A stretch of DNA of 64,000 nucleotides from an uncultured Bacteroidales bacterium (GTDB lineage: Bacteria; Bacteroidota; Bacteroidia; Bacteroidales; JAIPAH01), in NCBI GenBank assembly GCA_964465045.1, contig CAYXJS010000001.1:54924-118923 (forward strand). The letters run 5' to 3'. The notes below the pieces were generated by a model, which saw nothing but the letters and a program-made list of their open reading frames with translations, had not been told where the DNA came from and did no database searches. Within the stretch, counting starts at the first letter, position 1. Each line of letters opens with the position of its first letter. A program made the position numbers and the translations under genes. This document shows, in pieces, positions 54,901 through 64,000 of the stretch.

Positions 54901-57516
54901 TTCAGTCTTAACAAAGAACGTTTTAAAACCGGGGAAAAGGCCCAATTAAAAATCCCTTCCGCAAAAGAAAACCGGATTTTTGTTTCCATCGAGAACCACA
55001 ACAAGATACTGCATTCAGCCTGGATTGACAGCAAACATGAATTCACTGAATACGCATTTGATGTTACTCCGGAAATGGCTCCCAATGCATATGTTTTTGC
55101 TGCAATGATGCAGCCTCACAGCCAAACCGCCAACGACCGTCCCATAAGGATGTATGGGGTTGAGCCGCTATTTGTTGACAACCCTCAATCGCATCTGTAT
55201 CCTGACATTAACATGCCTTCTGAATTAGCGCCCGAGCAGGAAGTTGAGATTGTAGTTTCGGAAAAAGACGGCCGCCCTATGGAGTATACACTGGCCGTTA
55301 TAGATGAAGGCTTACTGGACATCACGGCCTTCCCAACACCTGATCCGTGGGCACATTTCAATGCCCGGAGAGCGCTTGGCGTGAAAACATGGGACCTGTA
55401 CAATGCCGTTTTAGGGGCTTTCACAGGTCGCTATAGCGGACTGTTAAAACCCGGTGGCGGAGTAGAAATTGACCCTGATGCCGGAAACCAGTCTGCTAAT
55501 CGCTTTAAGCCGGTTGTAGAATTTTTTGGCCCTTTCAAATTGGAACAAAACAAAAAACAAAAGCATAATTTCCGCATGCCAAATTATGTGGGCTCTGTCA
55601 GAACGATGGCCGTAGCCGCCCACAATGGAAAATACGGAAGCACCGAAACAACCACTCCCGTTAAAAAACCTTTAATGACTTTAGCTACAGCTCCACGCAC
55701 ACTAAAACCGGGAGATACTATGGATGTTCCGGTTACGGTAATCGCTATGGATAAATCAGTTAACGATGTTATTGTAGATATTAATGTTAATGAAGCCCTT
55801 ACTGTTTTGGGAGACCGCAAGCGAAAAATCACGATTCAATCGCCCGGTGAAGAGATAGTTACATTCAGGGTAAAAGCCAAAGAAAAGCCTGGAATGGGGA
55901 CTTTTGAAGTGACTGCATCTGATGAAAATGAAACATCCCGTGATAATGTAGAACTAAACATCTTACCTTCCAACCCGCCAGTGACCAGGGCTACGCAAAA
56001 AACGCTTGACCCGGGCAAGACCATTATGGTAGATTACGCTGCTTTTGGGTTAGAGGGCACCAATAGTATTATTCTGGAAGCTTCTGCACTTTTACCGCTT
56101 CACCTTGAAAAGCGGCTCGACTACCTTGTAAGCTACCCTCACGGTTGCCTGGAGCAGATTATTTCAGGTGCATTTCCGCAATTATACCTCAACAATCTTG
56201 TGGAACTTTCTGAGGCAACCCAAAAAAGCGTTCAAAATAACGTAAATGCCGCCATAAAAGCTGTTAGTAAATTTAAAAACGATAACGGCGGATTCAGCTC
56301 CTGGCCATCATCATCAAACCCCACTAATGAATGGGTTACCTCTTATGCAGGTCACTTTTTACTCGAAGCCGCTCAAAAAGGATATCATGATCCCGACAAC
56401 CTCATAAAAGAGTGGCTCTCATATCAACAAAGGGCGGCACGCAATTTTACTTTTGTAAAAGGTTCACAGAAAAACCTGATTCAGGCTTATCGGCTCTATA
56501 CCATGGCGCTGGGGGGCGAGGCCTCAGCAGGAGATATGAACCGGCTCAGGGAGCAGGAAAGCACGGACCCGAAAACCAACTGGAGGTTAGCCGCAGCTTA
56601 TGCCATCGACGGAAAGCTTAGCATAGCGGAAAAAATTACAGGCCGGCTAAGCACAAATCCGGAAACCGATCAAAAAGCCTATACCACATTTGGGTCAGAA
56701 TTGCGCGATATGGCCATGATTCTCGAAACTATGACTTTAACAAAAGAGCGTGAGCGAGGCACAAACCTGGTCAGGGAAATTTCAGAGAAATTGTCCCAAA
56801 ACCAGTGGTACAGCACACAATCAACGGCCTTTGCGCTTCTTTCAGTAGCCAAATTTGTTGAGGAAATGAACCTGAGTAAAACAATCAACCTGGCTTACAA
56901 GTTAAACCAGGCAACTACGGAAAAAGCCGTTACAGATGCCGCTGTATACGAAATTACACCGGCTGTTAATCATGATCCGGAAGGAACCATAAAACTTACC
57001 AATGAGGGTGAGGGAACGCTGTACGTTTCATTGTTCGAAAAAGGCATTCCCCTTGCCGGGGATAAACAAAAAATCAGAAATGATCTTTTTATGGATGTTT
57101 CATATTTTGATTTGGAAGGCAATCCGTTGAATATTAACAAAATAAACCAGGGAACCGATATAATCGTGGAGACTAAGATTACGCACCCCGGCATCAGGGG
57201 AAAATACAATGATTTGGCTTTAACACACATAATGCCATCAGGATGGGAGATTAGAAATCAGCGGTTGAATTCATGGAATGACGAATCCAAAGATATAGCT
57301 CAACCCGATTATCAGGATATTCGCGATGACCGGATTTATTCTTATTTCGATCTCAAACCAAATCAAACAAAAAAATTCCGTTTTCAAGTCAATGCTACTT
57401 ATACCGGAGAATACTACCTCCCCGGAATCAGTTGCAATGCTATGTATGACAATTCCATACAAGCCTATGAGCCCGGCAAGCAAATTGAAATTGTGAAACC
57501 CGGAAAGGAAGAGTAA
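51952..57516 (+). CDS. Alpha-2-macroglobulin family lipoprotein (thioester-containing, ECAM/YfhM type)
   Basis: Lipobox LSFIVINSC at ATG 51952. About 1850 aa. Thioester motif GCLEQ encoded at 56146..56157. Followed by pbpC. Confidence 0.9.
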   Translation: MKSLKFLPILVLSFIVINSCEFKKEKTEAPDSGFSNYISGFTSGVISSDSEIKIIFNKDLNKDQKEKAEDLFKIKPDVKGNISFPDDYTLVFRPAEPFPHDKRLKVNFRLGSLLGVPDSYETFAFEVQTAKQQYTVDIEGIEAYDIYQLSAQMLKGKITTADFVQASDLSEFLIAEQTDRSLPVSWTSTADGRTHYFTIDSVKRKKASTSVKMEFQGKAIDAEKKISKIYDVPPLDLFKVMQVSVIQEPDQHILVKFSDPLNTGQDLRGLVRIDSDEPMRFAVSGNQLKIFPENRLQEDYRLQIDRALQNTMGYTLDARYQSTVTFKTLAPQVAFTGKGNILPSSQNLTLPFKAVSLKAVNVRIIRIFEDNVFQFFQVNSYDGDKQLKRVGRIVYQGNMSLDDQVATNLTKWNTYRLDLSDFIESEPGAIYQVQLNFNRSQSLYNCPEDNKTHTENVSAGLSLTKENKNDTKYWSWNGFNHVDYNEPYDWKNRDNPCSNSYYMHYNRAVSKNVLASNFGIIAKQGETENLQVHIRDINTTDPVPGVDVQVFNFQKRPVGKATTNGNGEAVIQLDGKGFFVLAKKQNEFGYLRIDDGSSLSTSMFDVGGATAEKGIKGFLYGERNVWRPGDSLFISLMLEDANQVLPSELPLTFELTDPRGRLVSHKTIKTGNQNLFVFRDKTAEDAMTGKYTLQADLGGIRFSEPIRIETIKPNRLKIDLDFEKPFIRHDNTKPEGTLTVKWLHGAPASNIKADAEMKLTPAKTTFNTYENYTFTDPTKKLRSGEEIVFDGKLNQEGTAKISPDIATDKQAPGFLSARFSIRAFEQSGEFSRTVSQIKYSPYNHYAGLKVPEGDGWNGALSSVKKHDIPIVSLSEDGNKADRKIMILVYKINWEWWWENRNNNDLSKFVSNRHGELVEATTINTVNGEGSYTLDLSGRYWGRLLIRITDTESGHSSGELVMMDYPGWWENKQDQAPGGAEMLTFSLNKERFKTGEKAQLKIPSAKENRIFVSIENHNKILHSAWIDSKHEFTEYAFDVTPEMAPNAYVFAAMMQPHSQTANDRPIRMYGVEPLFVDNPQSHLYPDINMPSELAPEQEVEIVVSEKDGRPMEYTLAVIDEGLLDITAFPTPDPWAHFNARRALGVKTWDLYNAVLGAFTGRYSGLLKPGGGVEIDPDAGNQSANRFKPVVEFFGPFKLEQNKKQKHNFRMPNYVGSVRTMAVAAHNGKYGSTETTTPVKKPLMTLATAPRTLKPGDTMDVPVTVIAMDKSVNDVIVDINVNEALTVLGDRKRKITIQSPGEEIVTFRVKAKEKPGMGTFEVTASDENETSRDNVELNILPSNPPVTRATQKTLDPGKTIMVDYAAFGLEGTNSIILEASALLPLHLEKRLDYLVSYPHGCLEQIISGAFPQLYLNNLVELSEATQKSVQNNVNAAIKAVSKFKNDNGGFSSWPSSSNPTNEWVTSYAGHFLLEAAQKGYHDPDNLIKEWLSYQQRAARNFTFVKGSQKNLIQAYRLYTMALGGEASAGDMNRLREQESTDPKTNWRLAAAYAIDGKLSIAEKITGRLSTNPETDQKAYTTFGSELRDMAMILETMTLTKERERGTNLVREISEKLSQNQWYSTQSTAFALLSVAKFVEEMNLSKTINLAYKLNQATTEKAVTDAAVYEITPAVNHDPEGTIKLTNEGEGTLYVSLFEKGIPLAGDKQKIRNDLFMDVSYFDLEGNPLNINKINQGTDIIVETKITHPGIRGKYNDLALTHIMPSGWEIRNQRLNSWNDESKDIAQPDYQDIRDDRIYSYFDLKPNQTKKFRFQVNATYTGEYYLPGISCNAMYDNSIQAYEPGKQIEIVKPGKEE

Positions 57517-57537
57517 AAACTTATCCATCGGAATTGA

Positions 57538-59874
57538 ATGATAATGAAACGTATTCTTTGGGCTATTATAATTTCCGGATTAGCAGCCTGGTATCTCTTT
57601 GCATTGCCGGCACCGCTTTTTGATGCTCCTTCATCCACTGCGCTTGAAGACAAACAAGGCCGCCTGTTGAACGCACGCATAGCAAGCGATGGGCAATGGC
57701 GTTTTCCTGAGCAGGACTCTTTGCCTGAAAAATATGTGCAAGCTGTATTGACTTTTGAAGACAAACGCTTCTTTTCTCATCCGGGCATTGATCCGTTTGC
57801 GATTGCCCGGGCAATAAGGGAAAACATATCACAAAAGAAAATTGTCAGCGGCGCCAGTACGCTTACGATGCAGGTAATTCGGCTTTCCCGGGAAGGAAAA
57901 CCTCGCAATTATTTTCAAAAAATAACAGAAATGGCCCTGGCCCTGCGTGCTGAGCTGCGATACAGCAAATCCGAAATTCTCTCACTATATGCTTCGCATG
58001 CCCCTTTCGGGGGAAATATTGTAGGACTGGATGCTGCTGCATGGCGTTATTTCGGGGTTCCTCCCCATAAGCTGTCATGGGGTCAAACAGCAGCCCTGGC
58101 TGTTTTGCCTAATGCTCCCTCATTAATACGCCCCGGCAAAAACACAGAGGTCTATTTAAAAAGAAGGAACGCTTTGCTGCAAACCCTCAAAGAGCGTAAA
58201 ATCATAGACCCGGTTACTTATGAGCTGTCTTGTGACGAACCGCTACCTGGTGCACCCATACCGTTGCCCCAGGAAGCAAATCACCTGCTCAATAAAGCCA
58301 TCCGTGAGGGAAGAGAAGGACAGCGTATTAAAAGCACCCTTAGTTTACCGCTGCAAAGAAAAGTAAACCGCGAAATGCAGGCACACCTTAAACGTCTGGA
58401 GCCAAATCAAATCCACAACGCCGGAGCTATAATTCTGGAAGTAGAAACCGGTGAGGTGATGGCTTATGCAGGAAACACAAAACATCCTGATAATCTTCAC
58501 AATAACCAGGTAGATATGGTTTCTGCAGCACGCAGCAGCGGCTCTGTTTTAAAACCTTTTTTGTATACCGCAATGCTGCAGGAAGGAATGATTTTACCAA
58601 AAACACTGGTTGCTGACATCCCGGTAAATTTTGACGGGTACTCTCCGATGAATTTCAGCAACCGCTACGATGGCGCCGTGCATGCGGATGAAGTACTTTA
58701 CCGCTCCTTAAATGTTCCGATGGTTAGGATGCTGAAGCAATACGGCCTTTCACGATACCATAATTTGCTTCGGCAAATGGAATTCCAAACCATCAATAAG
58801 CCGGCTAGTCATTATGGTTTATCCCTTATTTTGGGCGGAGCTGAAACCAGGCTGGACGAGCTGGCAGGTCATTACGCTTCGCTGGCGAGGATTCTGAACC
58901 ATTTTAACGATAAGCAAAATTATTACTCAGATGCTATCCACAAGCCGGTGTATGTAAAAAACGCAAAACCTGCAACGCTTCAAAACACAACACCCTTGTT
59001 TAGAGCCTCTGCCATTTATGAAACGTTTCAGGCGCTTACTCAACTAAAGCGACCTGAACAGGAAATTGGGTGGAAACACTTTATCTCTTCGAGGAAATTA
59101 GCCTGGAAAACAGGCACTAGTTTTGGGTTTCGGGATGCATGGGCTATAGGAGTTACGCCTGAATATGTTGTAGCTGTATGGGCTGGTAACGCCGATGGCG
59201 AAGGGCGTCCCGGATTAACCGGGCTTTCGGCTGCAGCTCCGCTGATGAGGGAATTATTCCGCTTATTGCCGCCAACTAGTTGGTTTCATCGCCCCTGGAA
59301 AGAACAAATAGAGGCTATAGTGTGTCGTCAAAGCGGTCATCTTGCAGGCCCTCACTGCCGGCCTGCTGATACGGTTTTGATTCCCGAAAACGGCATCCGC
59401 AGCTCATCCTGCCCTTATCACCGTACTATCCACTTAAACAGCTCCCAAACATATCGTGTGGATGCCTCCTGCTACCCTGCCGGCAAAATCATACATAAGT
59501 TCTGGTTTTTGCTTCCTCCGGCAATGAGCTGGTACTATCGCCAATCAAATCCTTCTTATGCCGTCTTGCCTGAAATAAGTCCTCAATGCAAAGATAATAA
59601 CGCCGATAAGGTAATGGAAATCATTTATCCGGAACAAAAGTCCAAAATATTTATCCCCACAGAAATGAGCGGAGAAAGGGGAAAAGTAATTATGAAAGCA
59701 GCTCATCGCGATCCCAACTCCACCCTGTTTTGGTTTATTAACCAGAATTATGCCGGCCAAACCACAGGTGAACATCAGATAGCGGTGCATCCGGAACGCG
59801 GGAACCATGTATTGACTATTACCGACAAAACCGGAAACTCAATATCCAGAAGTTTCGAAATTGTTGGGAAGTAA
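57538..59874 (+). CDS. pbpC: Penicillin-binding protein 1C
   Basis: Glycosyltransferase motifs EDKRFFSHPGID and GASTLTMQ. Transpeptidase SxxK-type region (SGSVLKP). C-terminal PBP1C-specific domain. Paired with the A2M gene. Confidence 0.9.
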   Translation: MIMKRILWAIIISGLAAWYLFALPAPLFDAPSSTALEDKQGRLLNARIASDGQWRFPEQDSLPEKYVQAVLTFEDKRFFSHPGIDPFAIARAIRENISQKKIVSGASTLTMQVIRLSREGKPRNYFQKITEMALALRAELRYSKSEILSLYASHAPFGGNIVGLDAAAWRYFGVPPHKLSWGQTAALAVLPNAPSLIRPGKNTEVYLKRRNALLQTLKERKIIDPVTYELSCDEPLPGAPIPLPQEANHLLNKAIREGREGQRIKSTLSLPLQRKVNREMQAHLKRLEPNQIHNAGAIILEVETGEVMAYAGNTKHPDNLHNNQVDMVSAARSSGSVLKPFLYTAMLQEGMILPKTLVADIPVNFDGYSPMNFSNRYDGAVHADEVLYRSLNVPMVRMLKQYGLSRYHNLLRQMEFQTINKPASHYGLSLILGGAETRLDELAGHYASLARILNHFNDKQNYYSDAIHKPVYVKNAKPATLQNTTPLFRASAIYETFQALTQLKRPEQEIGWKHFISSRKLAWKTGTSFGFRDAWAIGVTPEYVVAVWAGNADGEGRPGLTGLSAAAPLMRELFRLLPPTSWFHRPWKEQIEAIVCRQSGHLAGPHCRPADTVLIPENGIRSSSCPYHRTIHLNSSQTYRVDASCYPAGKIIHKFWFLLPPAMSWYYRQSNPSYAVLPEISPQCKDNNADKVMEIIYPEQKSKIFIPTEMSGERGKVIMKAAHRDPNSTLFWFINQNYAGQTTGEHQIAVHPERGNHVLTITDKTGNSISRSFEIVGK

Positions 59875-59880
59875 TATCAG

Positions 59881-59930
59881 AAAAAGCCTGCAGCAAAACA
59901 ATGTGAATAAACAAGTTTTCGTGCAGGCTT
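59881..59930 (-). terminator. Long hairpin between convergent pbpC and hutU; the U-run is on the hutU (minus) side
   Basis: AAGCCTGCA (59884-59892) pairs with TGCAGGCTT (59922-59930). An inner AAAAC/GTTTT extension is present, and the minus-strand hairpin is followed by TTTTT. Confidence 0.5.
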
Positions 59931-59939
59931 CAGGCTGAT

Positions 59940-61952
59940 TTAAAATAAGTTATCAAGAATTTTTTTATCTACTATCTCAGGTAAAGTAACTTTCATCCGG
60001 GGTTCTTTCTGCATTGCTCTTTTAGCGGCGAAAACCGCTCCTTTGTTTCTTGCCCAGCTTCTTCGGCTTATGCCGTTGTTAACATCCCAGTGCAGCATCA
60101 TTTTGAGCCTACGGTCTGCATCTTCAGTGCCATCGAGCACCATACCGAATCCACCGTTAATAACTTCACCCCAGCCAACGCCACCGCCATTGTGTATTGA
60201 AACCCATGTAGCGCCGCGAAAAGCATCGCCAAGCACATTCTGGATGGCCATATCTGCTGTGAATTTGGAGCCGTCGTAAATGTTTGAGGTCTCCCGGAAC
60301 GGTGAATCCGTACCGGAAACATCATGGTGGTCCCTTCCCAGGATTACCGGAGCTGAGATTTCTCCACGTTCTACTGCGTTGTTAAACGCCTCGGCAATTT
60401 TCATCCGACCTTCCGCATCTGCATAAAGAATTCGTGCCTGCGATCCTACCACCAGATTATTTTGCTTAGCTTGTCTAATCCAGCGGATATTATCTTCCAT
60501 CTGCTGTGAGATTTCAGGCGGGGCATCTTCCGCCAAATCTTCCAACACTTCCGCAGCAATTTTATCTGTTTTATCAAGGTCAGCTTCTTCGTTAGAAGCA
60601 CAAACCCATCTGAAAGGTCCAAAGCCATAATCGAAACACATCGGACCCATGATATCCTGAACATAACTGGGATACCTGAAATCCTTTCCCTGATCATCCA
60701 TTATATCTGCACCTGCCCTGGAGGCTTCCAGCAGAAAAGCATTTCCGTAGTCAAAGAAGTACATGCCATCAGCTGTTAATTTATTGACCGCATCCACATG
60801 GCGTTTCAATGACTTGTGCACATATTCTTTAAATTGCGCCGGGGCTTCGGCCATCATTTTATTCGAGGATTCATAAGAGAGTCCGGCGGGGTAATATCCT
60901 CCTGCGTATGGATTGTGCAAAGAGGTTTGGTCTGAACCCAAATCCACTTTAATTCCACGCTCAGCCAAACGCTCCCATAAATCTACAATATTGCCTAAAT
61001 AAGCAATGGAATGGGGTTTCTTTTTTACTCTCCATGCTTCTGCCGAGTCAATTACAGCATCAACATCCTCAAGTATTTCATCTACCCAGCCTTGCTCATG
61101 GCGTTTGTACGCTGCTTTTGGATTTATTTCAGCGGTGATGCTAACCACACCGGCAATGTTGGCCGCTTTTGGCTGTGCACCGCTCATGCCTCCCAAACCG
61201 GCAGTAACAAAGAGTTTTCCTTCCAGCCCCTCACCATGAGTAGCCACCATCCTGCCTGCATTCAACACGGTAATGGTAGTTCCATGCACAATGCCTTGTG
61301 GACCGATGTACATGTATGATCCTGCCGTCATTTGCCCGTATTGCGATACGCCTAAAGCATTAAAGCGCTCCCAGTCATCAGGCCTGGAATAGTTCGGAAT
61401 AACCATACCATTTGTCACTACAACCCGCGGAGCATCCTTGTGCGACGGGAATAACCCCATAGGATGCCCTGAATACATCGCTAGTGTATGTTTATCGGTC
61501 ATTTCGGCAAGATATTTCATCGTAAGGCGGTATTGTGCCCAGTTCTGAAATACAGCGCCATTACCTCCATAAGTGATTAACTCATGCGGATGTTGTGCTA
61601 CAGCATTGTCCAGGTTATTGCTGATCATAAGCATAATAGCGGCTGCTTGCCTGGAGCGGTAAGGAAAATCATCAATATTTCTCGCTTTGATAGTATATTC
61701 AGGCCGGAACCGGTACATGTATATCCGTCCGAATGCTTTTAGTTCTTCAGCAAATTCTTTAGCCAAAACGGCATGGTGTTTCGCAGGAAAATAGCGAAGC
61801 GCATTTTCCACCGCAAGCCTCTTTTCCTCTGGGGTAAGTATCGCTTTACGTACCGGAGCATGATTAATATCCGGATCATAAACCGGCTTTTCAGGTAAAT
61901 CATCCGGAATTCCTTCCAGAATGGCTTTTTTGAATTTTTCTTTCTCAGTCAT
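59940..61952 (-). CDS. hutU: Urocanate hydratase
   Basis: 670 aa long-form urocanase. GLGGMSGAQP NAD-binding loop and the conserved C-terminal GGGVGWGE. Confidence 0.95.
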   Translation of the reverse strand: MTEKEKFKKAILEGIPDDLPEKPVYDPDINHAPVRKAILTPEEKRLAVENALRYFPAKHHAVLAKEFAEELKAFGRIYMYRFRPEYTIKARNIDDFPYRSRQAAAIMLMISNNLDNAVAQHPHELITYGGNGAVFQNWAQYRLTMKYLAEMTDKHTLAMYSGHPMGLFPSHKDAPRVVVTNGMVIPNYSRPDDWERFNALGVSQYGQMTAGSYMYIGPQGIVHGTTITVLNAGRMVATHGEGLEGKLFVTAGLGGMSGAQPKAANIAGVVSITAEINPKAAYKRHEQGWVDEILEDVDAVIDSAEAWRVKKKPHSIAYLGNIVDLWERLAERGIKVDLGSDQTSLHNPYAGGYYPAGLSYESSNKMMAEAPAQFKEYVHKSLKRHVDAVNKLTADGMYFFDYGNAFLLEASRAGADIMDDQGKDFRYPSYVQDIMGPMCFDYGFGPFRWVCASNEEADLDKTDKIAAEVLEDLAEDAPPEISQQMEDNIRWIRQAKQNNLVVGSQARILYADAEGRMKIAEAFNNAVERGEISAPVILGRDHHDVSGTDSPFRETSNIYDGSKFTADMAIQNVLGDAFRGATWVSIHNGGGVGWGEVINGGFGMVLDGTEDADRRLKMMLHWDVNNGISRRSWARNKGAVFAAKRAMQKEPRMKVTLPEIVDKKILDNLF

Positions 61953-61991
61953 ATGTAGATATTTTTATCATTATTGTCAACAATTATTATA

Positions 61992-61999
61992 CAAAAATA
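61992..61999 (-). promoter_or_regulatory. -7 promoter box (TATTTTTG on the minus strand) for hutU
   Basis: Exact TAnnTTTG match, 39 nt upstream of ATG 61952. Confidence 0.4.
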
Positions 62000-62092
62000 C
62001 ACTTTTAAGCAGAATCATCCCATTTAAAATGCCGGATTTAAAGGTAAATTTCAACAAAGCCGGGCTAATAACGTTTCTGAGAAAAAGGACAG

Positions 62093-62689
62093 ATGAAAAA
62101 ATTTTGGGAAGAACGGTTTGGTGACAGCGAATACATTTACGGAAGGGTGCCAAACTATTTTGTGAAAGAGCAAATTGAAATGATGAAGCCCGGCAAAGCG
62201 CTCTTTCCGGCTGAGGGAGAAGGTCGTAATGCGGTTTATGCAGCAAGTCTGAACTGGGAATGCGATTGTTATGATTTCAGTGAAGAAGCCCGTAAAAAAG
62301 CCTTAAAGCTTGCCAATGAAAACAACGTCAGAATACAATATCATGTTGCCGACCTTGAGCATGCTGATTTCCCTAAAAACTGCTACGACGCCCTGTTTAT
62401 GACTTTTTTGCATCTTGATCCGGAGATCCGTTATCAGATTCATCAAAAATTTGTCGATTCCCTGAAAAAAGGAGGTTTGTTAGTAGCTGAAGTTTTTGAT
62501 AAAAAACAGCTTCCCATAGGCAGCGGTGGCCCTAAAAATCCGGATATGCTCTATACACTGGAAATGCTAAGGGATGATTTTCATAACACGCATATTATCA
62601 CAAACAACTCTGGATTGCGGTATCTGGAAGAAGGCAAACATCACAACGGAAAAGCACATACCATACGTTTTGTTGCTCAAAAAATATAA
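62093..62689 (+). CDS. Class I SAM-dependent methyltransferase
   Basis: 198 aa. Motif I-like ALFPAEGEGRNAVY. Overall TehB/UbiE-like layout. Confidence 0.7.
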   Translation: MKKFWEERFGDSEYIYGRVPNYFVKEQIEMMKPGKALFPAEGEGRNAVYAASLNWECDCYDFSEEARKKALKLANENNVRIQYHVADLEHADFPKNCYDALFMTFLHLDPEIRYQIHQKFVDSLKKGGLLVAEVFDKKQLPIGSGGPKNPDMLYTLEMLRDDFHNTHIITNNSGLRYLEEGKHHNGKAHTIRFVAQKI

Positions 62690-62747
62690 AATGAACAAAA
62701 CCCTGTATGGTAGTGTATAAGTATCATCAAATCAAAATTATAATGTT

Positions 62748-63569
62748 ATGATAAAATTAACGGTACTTACTGTCAGCTTAATTGTTTCTTTTGCTTTTCA
62801 GGAAACTGCGCAACCTGAAAAAACATGGGAAACTGAAGGTTTAATAACCCCTGAATCTGTGCTGTATGATGGTGAAAACGATGTGTTTTATATAAGCAAT
62901 ATCAACGGAAAGCCTACGGATAAAGACGGTAACGGCTTTATCAGCAAACTCGATAAAGAAGGCAATATTCTAAATAAAAAATGGGTAAACGATCTCCATG
63001 CCCCCAAAGGTATGGTAAAGGCTCACGGCCATTTGTATGTGACCGATATAGATCGCATTGCAAAAATAGACCTTGATAAAGGCGAAATTGTAAAATATTA
63101 TGACGTAGAAACAGCGTCTTTCCTTAATGATATGGAAGTGATTGACGGCACCGTTTACATCAGCGACATGGCAGAAAATGTAATTTATAGCCTGAATAAC
63201 AATAAAGTACAGGTATTTAAAAATGAGGGACTGAAAAAACCCAATGGCATGCTGACATCAGGCAAATGGTTAATTAATGGCAATGAGAATTATATACTGA
63301 AAATCCATACAAAAACCCATGAATCTCAAAAAATTGAGACTGCTGTAGGCGGTATTGACGGGCTTAAGTTTTATGATTCTGACACTTACATCACCTCAGA
63401 CTGGACTGGAAACGTTCATAAAGTAAATGCTTCAGGTGAAGCAGAATTGCTTTTTTCAACAGCAGATGATGATATACAGGCTGCGGATTTTGAATACGTA
63501 CCCTCAAAAAAATTGCTGGTTGTGCCCACATTTTTTAACAATACTGTAGCTGCATACCAATTGCAATAA
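62748..63569 (+). CDS. Secreted hypothetical protein, probable beta-propeller (SMP-30/NHL-like repeats)
   Basis: Signal peptide. Repeated PEsv.yd...lYvsd-type strands (e.g. HLYVTDIDR, TVYISDMAE, TYITSDWTG). Confidence 0.45.
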   Translation: MIKLTVLTVSLIVSFAFQETAQPEKTWETEGLITPESVLYDGENDVFYISNINGKPTDKDGNGFISKLDKEGNILNKKWVNDLHAPKGMVKAHGHLYVTDIDRIAKIDLDKGEIVKYYDVETASFLNDMEVIDGTVYISDMAENVIYSLNNNKVQVFKNEGLKKPNGMLTSGKWLINGNENYILKIHTKTHESQKIETAVGGIDGLKFYDSDTYITSDWTGNVHKVNASGEAELLFSTADDDIQAADFEYVPSKKLLVVPTFFNNTVAAYQLQ

Positions 63570-63577
63570 TATCTTTG
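63570..63577 (+). promoter_or_regulatory. -7 promoter box TATCTTTG for the dipeptidase gene
   Basis: Exact TAnnTTTG match, 23 nt upstream of ATG 63601. Confidence 0.45.
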
Positions 63578-63600
63578 CATTGGACAAAATTCAAAAGCCA

Positions 63601-64000
63601 ATGCGATTTCAGATAATATTCTCATGGATTGTGCTCTTTTTTGCTATTAGCGGCCAATCCCAAGACAACTACGAAAACCTGATTCAAAAAGCGGAAGAGT
63701 ATCACCGCTCATTTGTAACTGTAGATTCTCATACCGATACGCCTTTATGGTTTTTAAGCGAAGACTATAACTTTGGTGAGCGTCATCACCCGGGTAAAAG
63801 CAGCAATAAAATTGATTTACCCCGTATGGAGGAAGGCGGCCTTGACGCTGTTTTCCTTGCAGCTTTTGTAGGGCAAGGAAAGCGCACACCGGAAGGCCAT
63901 CAAAAAGCATACCTGCGCGCCCACCGGATTATTGACTCTATTGAAACCGTCGCCGCAAGGCATTCTGAAAAAACAGAAATAGCCACAACCCCACAAGACG
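63601..64000 (+). CDS. Membrane dipeptidase (peptidase family M19), 3'-truncated at the window edge
   Basis: My translation is MRFQIIFSWIVLFFAISGQSQ...FVTVDSHTDTPLW...IDLPRMEEGGLDAVFLAAF, with the M19 N-terminal HxD metal-site pattern. Confidence 0.75.
   Translation, partial: MRFQIIFSWIVLFFAISGQSQDNYENLIQKAEEYHRSFVTVDSHTDTPLWFLSEDYNFGERHHPGKSSNKIDLPRMEEGGLDAVFLAAFVGQGKRTPEGHQKAYLRAHRIIDSIETVAARHSEKTEIATTPQD

Noticed and set aside
1-64000. CRISPR arrays, IS elements or transposases, integrases, prophage genes, rRNA operons
   Set aside because: I looked for regularly spaced direct repeats, DDE or tyrosine-recombinase-like ORFs, and rRNA-like conserved stretches, and found none. All long ORFs are accounted for by the calls above.

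Overview
This window looks like a chromosomal, mostly housekeeping segment of a Bacteroidota-type genome. That assignment is an inference from four observations: about 16 TAnnTTTG '-7' promoter boxes placed just upstream of start codons, many SxC lipoprotein signals, FISUMP / TamL-like / T9SS-plug-like / CarboxypepD_reg-TonB receptor proteins, and an nqr operon. I call about 57 protein-coding genes and one tRNA.

Recognisable gene content, in order:
- A 5'-truncated GltD-like/MopB-like fusion oxidoreductase, then a TlpA-like thioredoxin and a FISUMP lipoprotein.
- Pyruvate:ferredoxin oxidoreductase and an e(P4) acid phosphatase.
- A small accessory islet: a four-helix-bundle (23S rRNA IVS protein family) gene bracketed by inverted repeats, plus a PIN toxin with an untracked antitoxin.
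- A translationally coupled sixA-ppk1-ppx-HD-ftsB-like operon.
- A TPR sensor kinase, pyrE, a biotin ligase, and rsfS-ftsH-DUF2007-cdsA-psd.
- An AbgT transporter, an MscS channel, and a TonB receptor-DUF2271-photolyase-bcp cluster.
- rpsF-rpsR-rplI, a TrmH-family methyltransferase, and an orphan multi-HTH protein.
- A small Cys-rich membrane protein convergent on apbE-nqrFEDCBA.
- A DUF5103/T9SS-plug-like gene, an acyltransferase, a PfkB kinase, dnaX and a TamL-like Omp85 protein.
- tRNA-Val(TAC), the alpha-2-macroglobulin/pbpC pair, hutU, a methyltransferase, a beta-propeller protein and a 3'-truncated M19 dipeptidase.

I found no rRNA, CRISPR array, transposase, integrase or obvious prophage.

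The most notable observation is that dnaX is interrupted exactly at an A9 / A_AAA_AAG slippery tract after clamp-loader domain III. The 0 frame stops three codons later (376 aa, gamma-like). Only the -1 frame, equivalent to one extra A, gives a full-length tau of 575 aa. This is either programmed recoding in the reverse sense of E. coli or a homopolymer miscall.

All functional calls come from motif and family recognition by eye. No database search was run.
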